Of a stretch of 32,000 nucleotides of DNA, positions 1 to 10,886 are shown piece after piece (position 1 is the stretch's first letter; each line of letters begins with the position of its first letter). The notes under the pieces were generated by a model. The model was not told where the DNA came from and searched no databases. It saw only the letters and a list, made by a program, of their open reading frames with translations. This stretch comes from Trichodesmium erythraeum IMS101 (GTDB lineage: Bacteria > Cyanobacteriota > Cyanobacteriia > Cyanobacteriales > Microcoleaceae). Position numbers and translations under genes: made by a program. Where the stretch lies: the NCBI RefSeq assembly GCF_000014265.1, contig NC_008312.1, forward strand, positions 3,870,001 through 3,902,000. Reading direction: 5' to 3'.

Positions 1-1158
1 GAGGATTACTCTTGAGAAAGCGATCGAAAAAACTTGTCTCAAATTGCCAACAACACTGTAGGTCACACGTACCACAAATTACGGCATTTTCTAGTTCGAG
101 CAAATTGGTCTGTAGATGCTGTGAATGAGCGTCGTCTTCAAGTAATGTGGGAACGTCGCCAAACAAAACCTTCTCGATCCTATTGCTTTAATTATAGACG
201 ATTCAGGCCACAGAAAAAGTGGTAATTTTACTGCAGGAGTAGGGCGGCAATATATAGGAGAAATAGGAAAAACAGATAATGGTGTAGTCGTGGTGACAAC
301 TCATCTTTATGATGGAGTTAAAAGTCTACCTTTAGACATAGCTTTGTATCAGAAAGCTGATTCTTTTCCAAAAGGAAAAAAAGACCCAGAATTTGTCAAG
401 AAACCAGACGAGTGCAATGTCTCTAGTAGATCAATGTTTGTCCAGAGGACACCAACCAGAAATTGTGTTAATTGAAATTTGGCTATGGTAACAATACATC
501 ATTCTTAAATCAACTAGAGAAAAGAAGTTTAACTTATATAGGAGGATTAGCTAAAAATCGAAAAGTCATCATTAAAAAACAAGATGACATTAAAGAGGAA
601 ATTAGATTAGACAAGCTGGCAGAAAGTATACCTCAGAAAGCTTTCAACTTAGTTCAACTAAGTACAAAAAATGCTAGAGAAGTTTGGGTAGCTACATTAG
701 AAGTAGAAATATCTAGGATGTCAGGTCAAAAAACTATAGCTATCGTTATGAATGCTAAAAGTTTTTCTGAGGCCACTGATATTAACTATTATATCACTAA
801 TAGAGAAGACAAATATGTAACTCCTGAGTGGATATATTCTACTTATTCTCAAAGAAATTGGGTGGAAGTTTTCTACAGGGAAGCCAAAGGATGGTTAGGA
901 TTAAGAGAATATCAAGTCAGAGATAAAATCAGCCTTAAAAGGCATTTTATTTTAGTATTTTGTGCTTATACATTTATTATCTGGCATCAGTTAACAGGAG
1001 GTATAAGAAGGCGTTGGGCTAACAAACCATTAAATACGTTTACTGATACTTTAGAAGCATTTCGTACCGCAATATCTTATCGTTTTGTTGAGTGGTTAGA
1101 TGAAAACATCGACGTATTTACCGCTCATAAAGAGAGTTTAGGGTTTGTTTGGGCTTGA
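1..1158 (+). pseudogene. IS701-family (IS4-superfamily DDE) transposase, decayed. The N-terminus lies off the window edge and the rest is broken into at least 3 reading-frame pieces.
   Basis: The frame-2 piece reads ..LIIDDSGHRKSGNFTAGVGRQYIGEIGKTDNGVVVVTTHLYDG... The 472-1158 ORF contains ..NWVEVFYREAKGWLGLREYQVRDKISLKRHFILVFCAYTFI... Both are hallmark blocks of IS701-type transposases. The frame switches near 150-190 and again near 420-475, so the three ORF-track pieces (34-225, 290-475, 472-1158) are fragments of one gene. Confidence 0.7.
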
Positions 1159-1434
1159 AATTTGCTAAAGTCCCGTTATGAGTCAGAGAATTCCTGAGCA
1201 CTCACCTTCATTTTCTGAAGCTCAAAAAAAACCGCGGCATTTTCCCTTGCATTCACACAAAAATTTTGATATCATAAAATTAGAGTGGAGTAACTCGGGC
1301 GTTTGTATGATTTTTTCTTCAACCCACTTTTAAGCAACTTAAGAGATATTACTAAAAAACTTACTAAAAAAATAGAATAGGTGCAAAAACCGAACTAACC
1401 TGGGTATTGCCAATTAAGAACTTTAGATTGTTAT

Positions 1435-2285
1435 TATCAAACTTTATCTACTTGGATAGATAAATTTTTAGAAGGAGGATTAAAGAATTTAGTAGAAACA
1501 ATCATTCACCAAATATCATCAAGATTAAATATAGAGCAGAAACAGGAATTAAAAACAATGATACTGAAAGAATTACCCAGAGATTATGGGGTAGATATAA
1601 ACAAATGGAGCTGGTAAAATTATTAGTAATGTTATTGAATTAAGATGGGTAGTAAAACTGAAAACAACAAGAATATATGAAATTTTAAATTAATTAAATT
1701 TATCAGCTCAAAAAGCCCATAGGAATTATGCTAAATTTATTTTAAGTCTAAAAAAATTGGCATCTAAAAAAGAGAAGGAAAAAATAGTATTTTTTGATGA
1801 ATTTGCTGTTTATGAGCGCCCAAGCATTTTTTACGGATGGGCAAAAAAAAATACAGGTCCTGAAGTAACCAGTAATGAGAAGAGAGGTAGAAATAAATTG
1901 AATGGAATGATTTCAGTTAATGCCTTTACAGCTCAAGAGTATTTAAAATTAAAATAAAAATCTAAAATAGAGGAAGTTTCGGATTACTTTTTACAATGAG
2001 CTTAAGATTTTTTAACAGAAGGATTTGATAAGTTGACTATTATTTTAGATCAGGACTCGACAGATAAAAAGAAAATGAAATCTCAATTAAAATTTCATCT
2101 CACTAATGCTCAAATATTCAGATCAAATTGTTGTAGATTTTATTCATACTCCAATATATTCTCCTAAACTTAATTTAGTTGAATATATTATTCATCTTTC
2201 AAGACTTAAACCGTTGCATCACCTTTCCTGGGATGTAAAAATTCAAGAAATTCAAGGGTATATTAGAAAAAAAATTCCAATTTAA
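1435..2285 (+). pseudogene. IS630/Tc1-mariner-family transposase, heavily decayed with multiple stops and frameshifts.
   Basis: Collinear pieces lie in different frames. An N-terminal HTH-like piece starts at 1435 (YQTLSTWIDKFLEGGLKNLVE...PRDYGVDINKWSW). ORF 1757-1957 reads ..IVFFDEFAVYERPSIFYGWAKKN... A piece near 2033 reads LTIILDQDSTDKKK, standing in for the ILDNASIHK block. A piece near 2127-2285 reads IVVDFIHTPIYSPKLNLVEYIIHLSRLK, standing in for the LPPYSPELNPIE block. An 11-bp perfect hairpin (2330-2363) follows immediately. Confidence 0.6.
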
Positions 2286-2439
2286 TCAACTTCAGACACC
2301 TGAACAAATCAAAAATATAATTCGGCATATTTGTACTTTAGCGTAGCTAGATTAAAGTACAAATAACTACTAATAATTGTTCTAATAAATATTCTTTTTG
2401 AGGTTTGTATTATAGTTTTTGCCGTAATTCAGTATCTAA

Positions 2440-2455
2440 GATCGCGATCGCGATC
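2440..2455. repeat. Double HIP1 palindrome GATCGCGATCGCGATC. It is representative of at least 13 exact GCGATCGC copies in the window.
   Basis: A 16-bp perfect palindrome was read directly. GCGATCGC (HIP1) over-representation is an established cyanobacterial genome signature. In a 32-kb sequence of about 33% GC an 8-mer with 6 G/C is expected much less than once. Confidence 0.85.
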
Positions 2456-2667
2456 ATTGAACCATTCTATTGGATAAAGGTTTTATCCTTTTGCTGCTCT
2501 AATTAGCTTCTGTAATATTTATACTACATAATAGGTAATCTTCTAGCGGGAAAGGAGTAATATATTTCAAGCTAGACATTAGAGGATACTTCCTCGGTAG
2601 ATAACCCTCTACTGTCCATTGTTAAATATTTGGAAGGCACTCATATATCGGCATCAATGTAACGATC

Positions 2668-3606
2668 CTAGCTCAAATGACTTACAACTTCGTGGTAATA
2701 CCATTGACTACGATCACGGTAGGCTTGGAGCAAGTTGGAATAGACTTGACAACCCACTAATGCATCATGCCATCCTTTTGTGTTACAGCTAAAGTGCTTG
2801 CTATAGCCAAAGTCGTAGAGTTGCTTACCCAAAACCTTTAGTTCTCGTCTGGATGTCTGCCAACTGTCTATTACAAAGTTAACAGCAGGATGCTTCAGAG
2901 TATAAAACTTGCTACTGAAAGGAAAGGCCAGAACTTTACGACCTAATAAGGTGCCCCAGTAGGCTCCATGGTAAGAACTAGTTAAAATAGTTTCCCCTGA
3001 TCCTAAAAAGTCTAAAACTTTACTAAATTTATGGGTGCCATTAGTCATACGAGGGAACTTATCTAATTTAATCTCAAATTTTTTGTGGGAAAAGATCACA
3101 AATTCATGCTGCACCGAACGAGGTTTATCAAACTGATCACTCATACAACTAGCACAGGGAACCCAATGATAATTAGGGTTTGGATGCTCGAAATCACGTA
3201 TTCCACACAGGTCAAACCCTTGCAAATATTCTGAGTAGTCAAAGTCTTGATAGTAATGCTGACGATCAAGGCCTGTGCGATAAATTTGTTGGCCAATACC
3301 CCAGGTTATGATCTTAATAGGGATCTGATTTTGATACTGGGCTTTAAATTGCTGCAAGGCCACAAAATTGTTGACAAAACGGGGGAACAGGACTCCACCT
3401 CCACCTACAATAAAGCAAAGACAATTGTAGTCTCCTAGACTACCATTCTGAAGCTGTTGTGCAATTTTTGCTAATTCTTGATCAAGATAACGAATATCAA
3501 TAGTGATTGTGGTAGATTGAGGAAACTCGAAATATTTCAATGGAGAAGAGAATAAATCTCCTACATTAGTGTCATCAACTACATGAACGTTTATAAGCAG
3601 ATTCAT
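2668..3606 (-). CDS. Polysaccharide pyruvyl transferase family protein (CsaB/WcaK-like).
   Basis: A 312-aa ORF with an ATG start. It has an N-terminal ..VVDDTNVGDLFSSP.. block (NxGD motif), an internal IVGGGGVL block, and a C-terminal ..TSSYHGAYWGTLLGRKVLAFPFSSKF.. block resembling the R/S-x-H...G-x-P...Y..K block of PF04230-type enzymes. Confidence 0.55.
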   Translation of the reverse strand: MNLLINVHVVDDTNVGDLFSSPLKYFEFPQSTTITIDIRYLDQELAKIAQQLQNGSLGDYNCLCFIVGGGGVLFPRFVNNFVALQQFKAQYQNQIPIKIITWGIGQQIYRTGLDRQHYYQDFDYSEYLQGFDLCGIRDFEHPNPNYHWVPCASCMSDQFDKPRSVQHEFVIFSHKKFEIKLDKFPRMTNGTHKFSKVLDFLGSGETILTSSYHGAYWGTLLGRKVLAFPFSSKFYTLKHPAVNFVIDSWQTSRRELKVLGKQLYDFGYSKHFSCNTKGWHDALVGCQVYSNLLQAYRDRSQWYYHEVVSHLS

Positions 3607-3788
3607 GGTACTACTTGCTTGTGTTTTTATATTTAAACAACTTTAATTTCATTTGGCCAGTTATTATTTCGCCAGTTGTTTTAAAGTATATCAAGCTCTT
3701 CCTTTTGATGCTACTTGATTATTAACAATGACTTTGACAAAAAAGCGATCGCTTAATTATATAACTTTTTTAATTTTATTTTGTAATT

Positions 3789-4835
3789 ATGATCATATCC
3801 CACAAATATAAATTTATTTTCCTAAAAACTAAAAAAACTGCTGGTACATCAGTTTAAATATCTTTATCTAGATTTTGTGGTAATGATGACATAATAACTC
3901 CTATTAGTTTGCAAGATGAAGCTATCAGAAAACTTCTCGGAAAAAAACCACAAAATCATTTAGATTTTGATGCTCAGGGAAATGTATATCAAAAATATTT
4001 TAATCACATTACTTCTCAAGAAGTTCTAAAAATAGAACCTTATATTTGGAATACCTACTATAAGTTTTGTTTTGAAAGAAATCCTTTTGATAGAGCTATA
4101 TCTGTTTACTATTTTAGTAAACAAAACAAACCTATTAAATTTGATAACTGGCTGAAAAATAACTATTATCCTAATTCATCTACAAACAATAACTGGCACA
4201 TTTACACAATCAACGATAAAGCAGTAGTTGGTTTTGTTGGTAAGTATGAAAGTCTTCTCTCAGATTTAACTTTTATATGTGATAAATTAAATATACCATT
4301 CGATGGATATTTACCAAAAGCCAAAATATTTTTCAGAGATAATCAACGCCCTTATTCTGAGTTTTTAAACGCTGAACAAATGGAAATTATCCGCGAATGT
4401 AACTCAAGTATTATTGATTTCTTAGGTTATAACAATGAGAATCAAAATAATCACAATATTTCAGTTGTAGGCAAATCAAAAAAACAACCAGAAAATTATA
4501 CAGAAGAATATTATAATCAAAGAGGATATCTATTACAAAAGCAAGGAAAATTAGATAGAGCTTTGATTAATTATGCTCAAGCAATTGGAATTAATCCTCA
4601 AAAATATTGGGCTTATTATCATACCCTAGGTAGTATTTTTGCAGAAAATAATCTCTACAAAGAAGCAGTAGAAGCTTACTATCAAGCTATCAAAATCAAA
4701 CCTGATTTTTCCTGGACTCACTATCACTTAGCAGTGCTTTTAGAGAAACAAGGAAAATTAGATGAAGCTTCCACTTATTATCAAAATGCTTTTCAACTTT
4801 ATCCAAATTTATCCTATTACAAAAATAAGTCATAG
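3789..4835 (+). pseudogene. Sulfotransferase (Sulfotransfer_2-like) fused to C-terminal TPR repeats, interrupted by one in-frame TAA at 3855-3857.
   Basis: The ATG at 3789 opens MIISHKYKFIFLKTKKTAGTSV, which is the 5'-PAPS-binding motif (K-T-x-G-T-S). A TAA follows, and the same frame continues ISLSRFCGNDDIITPIS into the 3909-4835 ORF. That ORF carries ..FERNPFDRAISVYYF.. (the 3'-PB-like R-N-P-x-D-R motif) and about 3 TPR units (..LDRALINYAQAIGINPQ.., ..EAVEAYYQAIKIKPDF.., ..LDEASTYYQNAFQLYPN..). I checked the frame continuity codon by codon. Confidence 0.7.
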
Positions 4836-5258
4836 CAGTTCTTTAATATATGAGGTACAGTTTTAGAACACCCATCCTTAAAAAGCTATCCATTATCACG
4901 AACTCTTCAAGCTTTTTGTCCCTTAATTATCCTTGATGCAAAATTTCCCTCGAAACACTTAATTGAAGAGTTTAGGATCCACAAGTTGCACTTAATATTA
5001 GAGTAGGGTAGGTAAATGATCGTAGGTAAATTTCCTTTACCACCACCACTGCTCAAATGTACTCATGGTAAAATTCCCATCTCCCCCATCTGAGTTAAAT
5101 TAGGTAACTTGTTTGACAAAAAAGACTGCTAGACTACAGACACTTTACCAGTTTACGGTATAATTATATCTCTTAGATATAGCTATATAGACTTACATTA
5201 GGACTATCCCATTCAAACAGTGCGCTTCGTATTAATTGTATATTTGGAGGGAAAACAA

Positions 5259-5390
5259 ATAATTCTGCTTTTAACTGATATCACTTTATCTGTAGCAGAA
5301 ATTTGAATTGCTTACAGTTGGCGTTTCAAAATTGAAGTCACTTTCAGGAACTTGATGCGACTCTTGTCTGGTTTTAGCTATCAGTTTTAG
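5259..5390 (+). pseudogene. Short C-terminal remnant of an IS4-type DDE transposase.
   Basis: It translates as IILLLTDITLSVAEI*IAYSWRFKIEVTFRNLMRLL. This matches the ..LLT..LS.EEI...Y..RW.IE..F..LK block (the Y-R-E-K region) of IS4-family transposases, but has an internal TGA and no upstream remainder. Confidence 0.4.
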
Positions 5391-5499
5391 ATGAAAGATA
5401 TAACCTCAACTCAGGGGTGGCCGAAAGACCTAATTCTGAGTCAATATTTGAATAAATATTAACAATACATTGTTTATACTTATTAATAATTCCTCAAAC

Positions 5500-6276
5500 T
5501 TATAAATTTTTAAGTTGGGCATCTTGATTAAAAAATTGTCTACATAAACCGTAAGTAACTAATAAAGTTGTAACTAAATTTGCAAAAGTCAAAAGAAACA
5601 TAATTAACATTTGATATGCTACAGCATCCAGAGGATTAATACCACTTAATAACTGACCAGTAACAATACCAGGAAGGGTGACAATTCCAATTACCATCAT
5701 TGAATTTAAAGTAGGTATTAATGCAGCACGAATAGCATCTTTTCTGTATTTAACAATTGCTTGTTCAGGGGTTGATCCTAAGCTTAAATAAGTTTCAATT
5801 TCTACAGAATTAGAGTTAATTGTACTGACAAGTCTTTCTCCAGCGATCGCTGCTGCATTCATCCCATTTCCTAATACTATTCCCACTAAAGGAATTAAAT
5901 ATTGAGGTTCATACCAATTTTCAGGTTTAATTACCAATAAATTTGTATAGCTAATACTTAAAGTTGTACTCGTTAAAATAGAACTCCAAACTAAAAGTAA
6001 TAATTGAGGTATTTTTTGACTAATTCTATTTCTAGAAACTACAGAAGCAACTGTTAACATAACTATTAAAACAGCAAGAATTAACCAAGGTTGTTTAATT
6101 GTAAATACTATTGTTAATACATAGCCAACAAATATTAATTGTACAATAGTACGAATTGTGGCTATTAATAGTTGCCATTCTAATCCTAATTTTTGCCAAG
6201 CTGATAGACCCATAGTTATAGCAATAAGTCCTAAAGCCATAGCTACATCACTAAGTGTTAATCTAATTATATCCAT
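5500..6276 (-). CDS. fetB: UPF0014/YbbM-family ABC-type permease (FetB-like putative iron-export permease).
   Basis: A 258-aa polytopic membrane protein. The blocks ..TIVQLIFVGYVL.., ..IVLGNGMNAAAIAGERL.., ..SLGSTPEQAI..YRKDAIRAALIPTLNSMMVIGIVTLPGIVTGQLLSGINPLDAVAYQ.. are collinear with E. coli FetB as I remember it. No FetA-like ATPase gene is adjacent. Confidence 0.7.
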   Translation of the reverse strand: MDIIRLTLSDVAMALGLIAITMGLSAWQKLGLEWQLLIATIRTIVQLIFVGYVLTIVFTIKQPWLILAVLIVMLTVASVVSRNRISQKIPQLLLLVWSSILTSTTLSISYTNLLVIKPENWYEPQYLIPLVGIVLGNGMNAAAIAGERLVSTINSNSVEIETYLSLGSTPEQAIVKYRKDAIRAALIPTLNSMMVIGIVTLPGIVTGQLLSGINPLDAVAYQMLIMFLLTFANLVTTLLVTYGLCRQFFNQDAQLKNL

Positions 6277-6820
6277 AACAAAATTTCATACAGTTGAAAT
6301 CAACTATCACTGAACAAAAACTTTTACCAAAAACTTGGGTCTGATATCTTACCCTTATAATAACCTTGAGCAAAATTCTGATACAATCAGATCAAAAAAA
6401 ACTCCACTTCCATAGATGTGATATTAATATCCGCACCATTTGAGAGAGTATTTTCAAAAGTTATACCTGTTGCAATAAGGTATAGGACGATGGGACAGGC
6501 CTGCTTTATATCCAGATTTTAGTATGAGGTTTGTAACATAGAGGATGAAGTTTGAAAAATGTGTAATTAATTTTGTGTACTTACTCAATTATTAATTAAT
6601 ACTAACAATGCACAGTAATATCGACTAAACTCGGGAGTATCTCCAAAGTAATACGAAAATTTTTATGCCACGTTTTTTTTGAGAAAAACCTCTAGATCCT
6701 TTAAGATAAAGGTTGAATCGAAAATTATCTTTCCCCGTTACTACTTTATTTAAAACTTAGATTATTGATAATTTCGCCAATTATTACTATAATTTAATAC
6801 TATAATTCATTACTTTTGAT

Positions 6821-8002
6821 ATGGCTAATGTTCCCCCCCTAGATTTAACACAACAGTATGAAATAATCAAAGAACAAGTAAATACTAGAGTTCAAGAGGT
6901 ACTTAGCTCTGGTCGTTATATTGGCGGTTCTATTGTTGATGAGTTTGAACAAGAATTTGCTAAATACATAGATGTATCTCATTGTGTATCCTGTAACTCT
7001 GGCACTGATGCTCTGTTTCTAGCTTTACGAGCTATGAATATTGGGCTTGGGGATGAAGTAATTACTACTCCTTTCACTTTTTTTGCTACTGCTGAAGTCA
7101 TTAGTGCAGTAGGAGCAACTCCAATTTTTATTGACATTGACCCCCAGACTTTTAACTTAGATCTTCAAAAACTTGAGCTAGCGATAACTGAAAAAACAAA
7201 AGCTATTTTGCCAGTACATTTATTTGGTCAACCTTTAGATATGACACAGTTAATGGCGATCGCTCGTGCCCACAATTTAATAGTTATTGAAGACTGTGCC
7301 CAAGCTACAGGAGCAGAATGGCACCAGAAAAAAGTCGGGAGTTTTGGTGATGTTGGTTGTTTTAGTTTTTTTCCTACTAAAAATTTAGGAGCTTTTGGAG
7401 ATGGGGGAGCTCTGACCACAAATAATGCAGCGATCGCTTCTCAAGCGCGAATACTAAAAAATCATGGACAGTCTGCCAAATATTTTTCTCAAGACATTGG
7501 TATTAACAGTCGTCTAGATACCATACAAGCTGCAATTCTGCAAATAAAATTACCATTATTAGATAGTTGGAACGAACAACGTCGTAAATTAGCAAATCAT
7601 TACCATAAATTTTTTAGTACTATAACTGCTGTAGTTCCTCCTCAAGAGTTATCTGGAAGTAGATGTGTTTGGAATCAATACACAATTATGCTTAAAAGTA
7701 AACAGTTAGAAACTACGACAAAATCTCATTTTTCTAATTATTTGCGTGATTTAGTTCATGATAATTTACAAAATAGGGGAATAGGTTCAGCGGTTTACTA
7801 TCCTACACCTTTACATTTACAACCTGTTTACAAATCTTTGGTAAACTATCAATTGCCAGTAGTAGAACAAGTGTGCCATCAGGTTTTGTCCTTGCCTATT
7901 TTTCCTGAACTTTCCACTCCACAACAAGAGCAAGTTATATATGCTTTGAAAGATTGTTTGCAAGAACTAATGCCGAATCCACCAAGAAGTCATAAATTAT
8001 AA
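6821..8002 (+). CDS. DegT/DnrJ/EryC1/StrS-family PLP-dependent sugar aminotransferase.
   Basis: A 393-aa ORF. It carries ..SGRYIGGSIVDEFEQEFAKYIDVSHCVSCNSGTDALFLALRAMNIGLGDEVITTPFTFFATAEVI.. and the PLP-lysine block ..CFSFFPTKNLGAFGDGGA... These motifs are typical of the family. Confidence 0.85.
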   Translation: MANVPPLDLTQQYEIIKEQVNTRVQEVLSSGRYIGGSIVDEFEQEFAKYIDVSHCVSCNSGTDALFLALRAMNIGLGDEVITTPFTFFATAEVISAVGATPIFIDIDPQTFNLDLQKLELAITEKTKAILPVHLFGQPLDMTQLMAIARAHNLIVIEDCAQATGAEWHQKKVGSFGDVGCFSFFPTKNLGAFGDGGALTTNNAAIASQARILKNHGQSAKYFSQDIGINSRLDTIQAAILQIKLPLLDSWNEQRRKLANHYHKFFSTITAVVPPQELSGSRCVWNQYTIMLKSKQLETTTKSHFSNYLRDLVHDNLQNRGIGSAVYYPTPLHLQPVYKSLVNYQLPVVEQVCHQVLSLPIFPELSTPQQEQVIYALKDCLQELMPNPPRSHKL

Positions 8003-8565
8003 GTTGTTTTTATTATGTGTATATTGAGCAACTTTTGTGATCATAGTTTTAAATTTAATATTTACTTGAGTACCATTACAAAATTATTTTACTTTAAAAA
8101 TTATCCACCCTTGTGATTAAGGGAAAAAAATCAGTTTGTATAGATGTTTAATTAATTTTGCACAACTACTTAAATAAATATTTATTTGGGAAATTTGTAG
8201 TTTTGTATACTATACTCAATAAAAATAAATAAAAGTTAATTTAGGAAAAATGGATCAAATTTTTTTACATATAGAACTAACCATTAAAAGCGCCGACATT
8301 GGTAAATCGCGTTAGAAGAAGAATTTTGGCAACTAAAACTTAGTAATTTCAGTAATTAGCGCCGGCCTGTGAAGTCAAAAGCTTTAAATATTGAAGTAGA
8401 TTTTTTTGAAGCCTTTAAAAAGTTTAGGAGACCTAATTTTTTGCTCAAATATAACTTTTGAGCTTTGAGTTTTCAGTGTTGAGTTTTACAAATGGCTATA
8501 CCTTCTGAATTACTGAAAATTTACCATTAAAAAAAATATAAAATTATAAGAGGAAAATATTAAAA

Positions 8566-10275
8566 GTGGGGCAAAATCACCTTAGTTCAACAAGACGGTA
8601 CGATCCAGAAGCGATCGCTAAGTACTATTATTATCGTCTTTGGTTAGTAATGTGGAGATTTCTGGTTATCTTCTTTTCTTTTACCAGTTTTGTTTTAGGA
8701 ATTTTGTGGGACAAATGGCGATATAAAAAAGTTGAAGATACCCCTGAGAGAGCAACTCAACTGCGAAAAATACTAACCAACTTAGGACCAACATTTATTA
8801 AAGTAGGTCAAGCACTATCCACAAGACCAGATTTAATTCGTAAGGACTTCTTAGAAGAACTAACAAAACTGCAAGATCAGTTACCAGCTTTTGATAATCA
8901 GATAGCCATCTCAATTATAGAGACAGAACTAGGCCAAAATATTAACGATATATATAGAGAAGTTTCTCCCAGACCAGTTGCAGCAGCTAGTCTAGGTCAA
9001 GTTTATAAGGCACGCCTTCAGAGCGGCGAAAGTGTAGCAATAAAAGTTCAACGACCCAACTTACTGCCAATTATAACTCTTGATTTATTCTTAATGCGGT
9101 GGGGAGCAAGTTGGTTATCTCCCTGGTTGCCTTTAAATCTCGGCCATGATTTATCCCTAATTGTAGATGAATTTGGCACAAAACTATTTGAAGAAATTGA
9201 CTATATAAACGAAGGGCATAACGCAGAAAGATTTGCTACCTATTTCGCAGATGACCCAAGTGTCAAAGTACCATCAATATATTGGCATTATACTACTACC
9301 AATGTTTTGACCCTAGAATGGATTGATGGTCTAAAATTATTAGATACAAAACAAATTCAAGGAGCAGGTCTTAATACTGATACCCTAATCACAGCAGGTG
9401 TAACTAGCGGTTTACGTCAATTACTAGAGTTTGGCTTTTTTCATGCAGATCCCCATCCCGGTAACTTATTTGCCTTAACAGATGGTCGAATGGCCTACAT
9501 TGATTTTGGCATGATGGATCAATTGGAGCAAGATATTAAAGAAACCTTGGTTGACTCAGTAATTCATTTAATCAATAAAGACTATCAGGAGTTGGCTAAA
9601 GATTTTGTCAAGCTTGGTTTTTTGGCACCTGATGCAGATATTCAGCCAATTATACCAGCTCTAGAAATGGTGCTGGGCAATATTATGGGTGAGAAAGTTA
9701 AAGATTTTAACTTTAAGACAATTACAGATAAGTTCTCAGAGTTAATGTATGAATATCCTTTCCGGGTACCTGCTAAGTTTGCTCTAATTATTCGTTCTCT
9801 AGTTACTGAAGAGGGATTAGCTCTTTCCCTAAATCCAAATTTCAAAATTGTAGATGTCGCTTATCCTTATGTAGCGAGAAGGTTATTAAAAGGTGAGTCC
9901 CCTGGCTTACGTCGGCGTTTGATTGAGGTATTGTTTAAAGATGGAAAGTTTCAGTGGCAAAGGTTAGAAAACTTGATTGGCATAGCTCGAACAGACCAAA
10001 ATTTTGATATATTACCTACTGCCCAATTAGGTTTACAATATCTTTTGAGCGAAGAAGGTGAATTTCTCCGAAAACAATTAATACTAGCAATAATAGAAGA
10101 TGATCGGATTCACACAGAAGAAGTTAGTCGTTTGTGGGATTTAATTCAAGATGATTTACAACCAAGTCGTTTGTTTAATTTTGCCCTGGGCGCTCTAGCA
10201 GAGTTTTCTACACAGAGAGCAGCGGCAATTTTACCCTCTGTCATGGCCACAACAAATTCTCAAGCAAAGAATTAG
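8566..10275 (+). CDS. ABC1/UbiB/AarF-family atypical kinase.
   Basis: A 569-aa ORF with a GTG start. It carries ..LGPTFIKVGQALSTRPDL.., ..PVAAASLGQVYKARL..GESVAIKVQRP.., ..FFHADPHPGNLF...GRMAYIDFGMM... These are the canonical ABC1 kinase motifs. Confidence 0.85.
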   Translation: MGQNHLSSTRRYDPEAIAKYYYYRLWLVMWRFLVIFFSFTSFVLGILWDKWRYKKVEDTPERATQLRKILTNLGPTFIKVGQALSTRPDLIRKDFLEELTKLQDQLPAFDNQIAISIIETELGQNINDIYREVSPRPVAAASLGQVYKARLQSGESVAIKVQRPNLLPIITLDLFLMRWGASWLSPWLPLNLGHDLSLIVDEFGTKLFEEIDYINEGHNAERFATYFADDPSVKVPSIYWHYTTTNVLTLEWIDGLKLLDTKQIQGAGLNTDTLITAGVTSGLRQLLEFGFFHADPHPGNLFALTDGRMAYIDFGMMDQLEQDIKETLVDSVIHLINKDYQELAKDFVKLGFLAPDADIQPIIPALEMVLGNIMGEKVKDFNFKTITDKFSELMYEYPFRVPAKFALIIRSLVTEEGLALSLNPNFKIVDVAYPYVARRLLKGESPGLRRRLIEVLFKDGKFQWQRLENLIGIARTDQNFDILPTAQLGLQYLLSEEGEFLRKQLILAIIEDDRIHTEEVSRLWDLIQDDLQPSRLFNFALGALAEFSTQRAAAILPSVMATTNSQAKN

Positions 10276-10532
10276 GACTCAAAACATAGAAACTGGGGAA
10301 AGTATTAGATACTCTATCATACCGATATTTATTTGTATCTCACAAACCCAGTTTCTGATAAAATCCTACTTACAAAGGGGTTTGATATTACAGATAAATA
10401 TTAATTTAGCTATTTTTGTAGTCAACTCTAGAAAATCAATAAAACACTTTTCTACCTACTAACTCTCTTATTCAGCAGTCTTAATTACTACATAAATAAT
10501 TAGTATAAATCAAGGAAACAAAGGAAACATTA

Positions 10533-10886
10533 GTGTACAATTTACCTCAACCTCCCTATCTTTTAATTGCAGTTGGTTTGCTGATGAGCTTGTCTTCAGG
10601 AGTAGTATTTGCTAGATTAATTAAGAAATTGGTTCAAGATTGGTCAGAAAATCCTGCTACTTGCAATATAGTTACCATGAGAGGATTAACATTACAAATT
10701 CCTTATTTAGGTATTGCTAGTGGAGCATTAATTTTTTTATCCTCAAGCTTGCAGTTATTTGGATTTACTAATTTAGTTGCTTATTCTATCTGTTTACCTT
10801 TAACTATAGGAACTGGGTTAGTTGTTTGGATTCAACTTACTAAAATTTTAGATAAGATGGAACAGGGTATAAACGACAAGAATTGA
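10533..10886 (+). CDS. Small hypothetical membrane protein with about 3 hydrophobic segments.
   Basis: A 117-aa ORF with a GTG start and three hydrophobic stretches. I recognise no family. Confidence 0.4.
   Translation: MYNLPQPPYLLIAVGLLMSLSSGVVFARLIKKLVQDWSENPATCNIVTMRGLTLQIPYLGIASGALIFLSSSLQLFGFTNLVAYSICLPLTIGTGLVVWIQLTKILDKMEQGINDKN

Noticed and set aside
1757-1957. The 66-aa ORF MASKKEKEKIVFFDEFAVYERPSIFYGWAKKN..., considered as an independent gene.
   Set aside because: It is the central fragment of the decayed IS630-type transposase. Collinear N- and C-terminal pieces lie in other frames on either side.
8107-8130. Small hairpins that might be intrinsic terminators: CCCTTGTGATTAAGGG followed by an A-run at about 8110, GGATAAAGGTTTTATCC at about 2473, and CTGCTACAACAAAAAGCAG at about 12040.
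   Set aside because: The stems are only 5-7 bp and AT-rich. The U-tracts are missing or on the wrong strand relative to the upstream gene. None is distinguishable from background in this composition.
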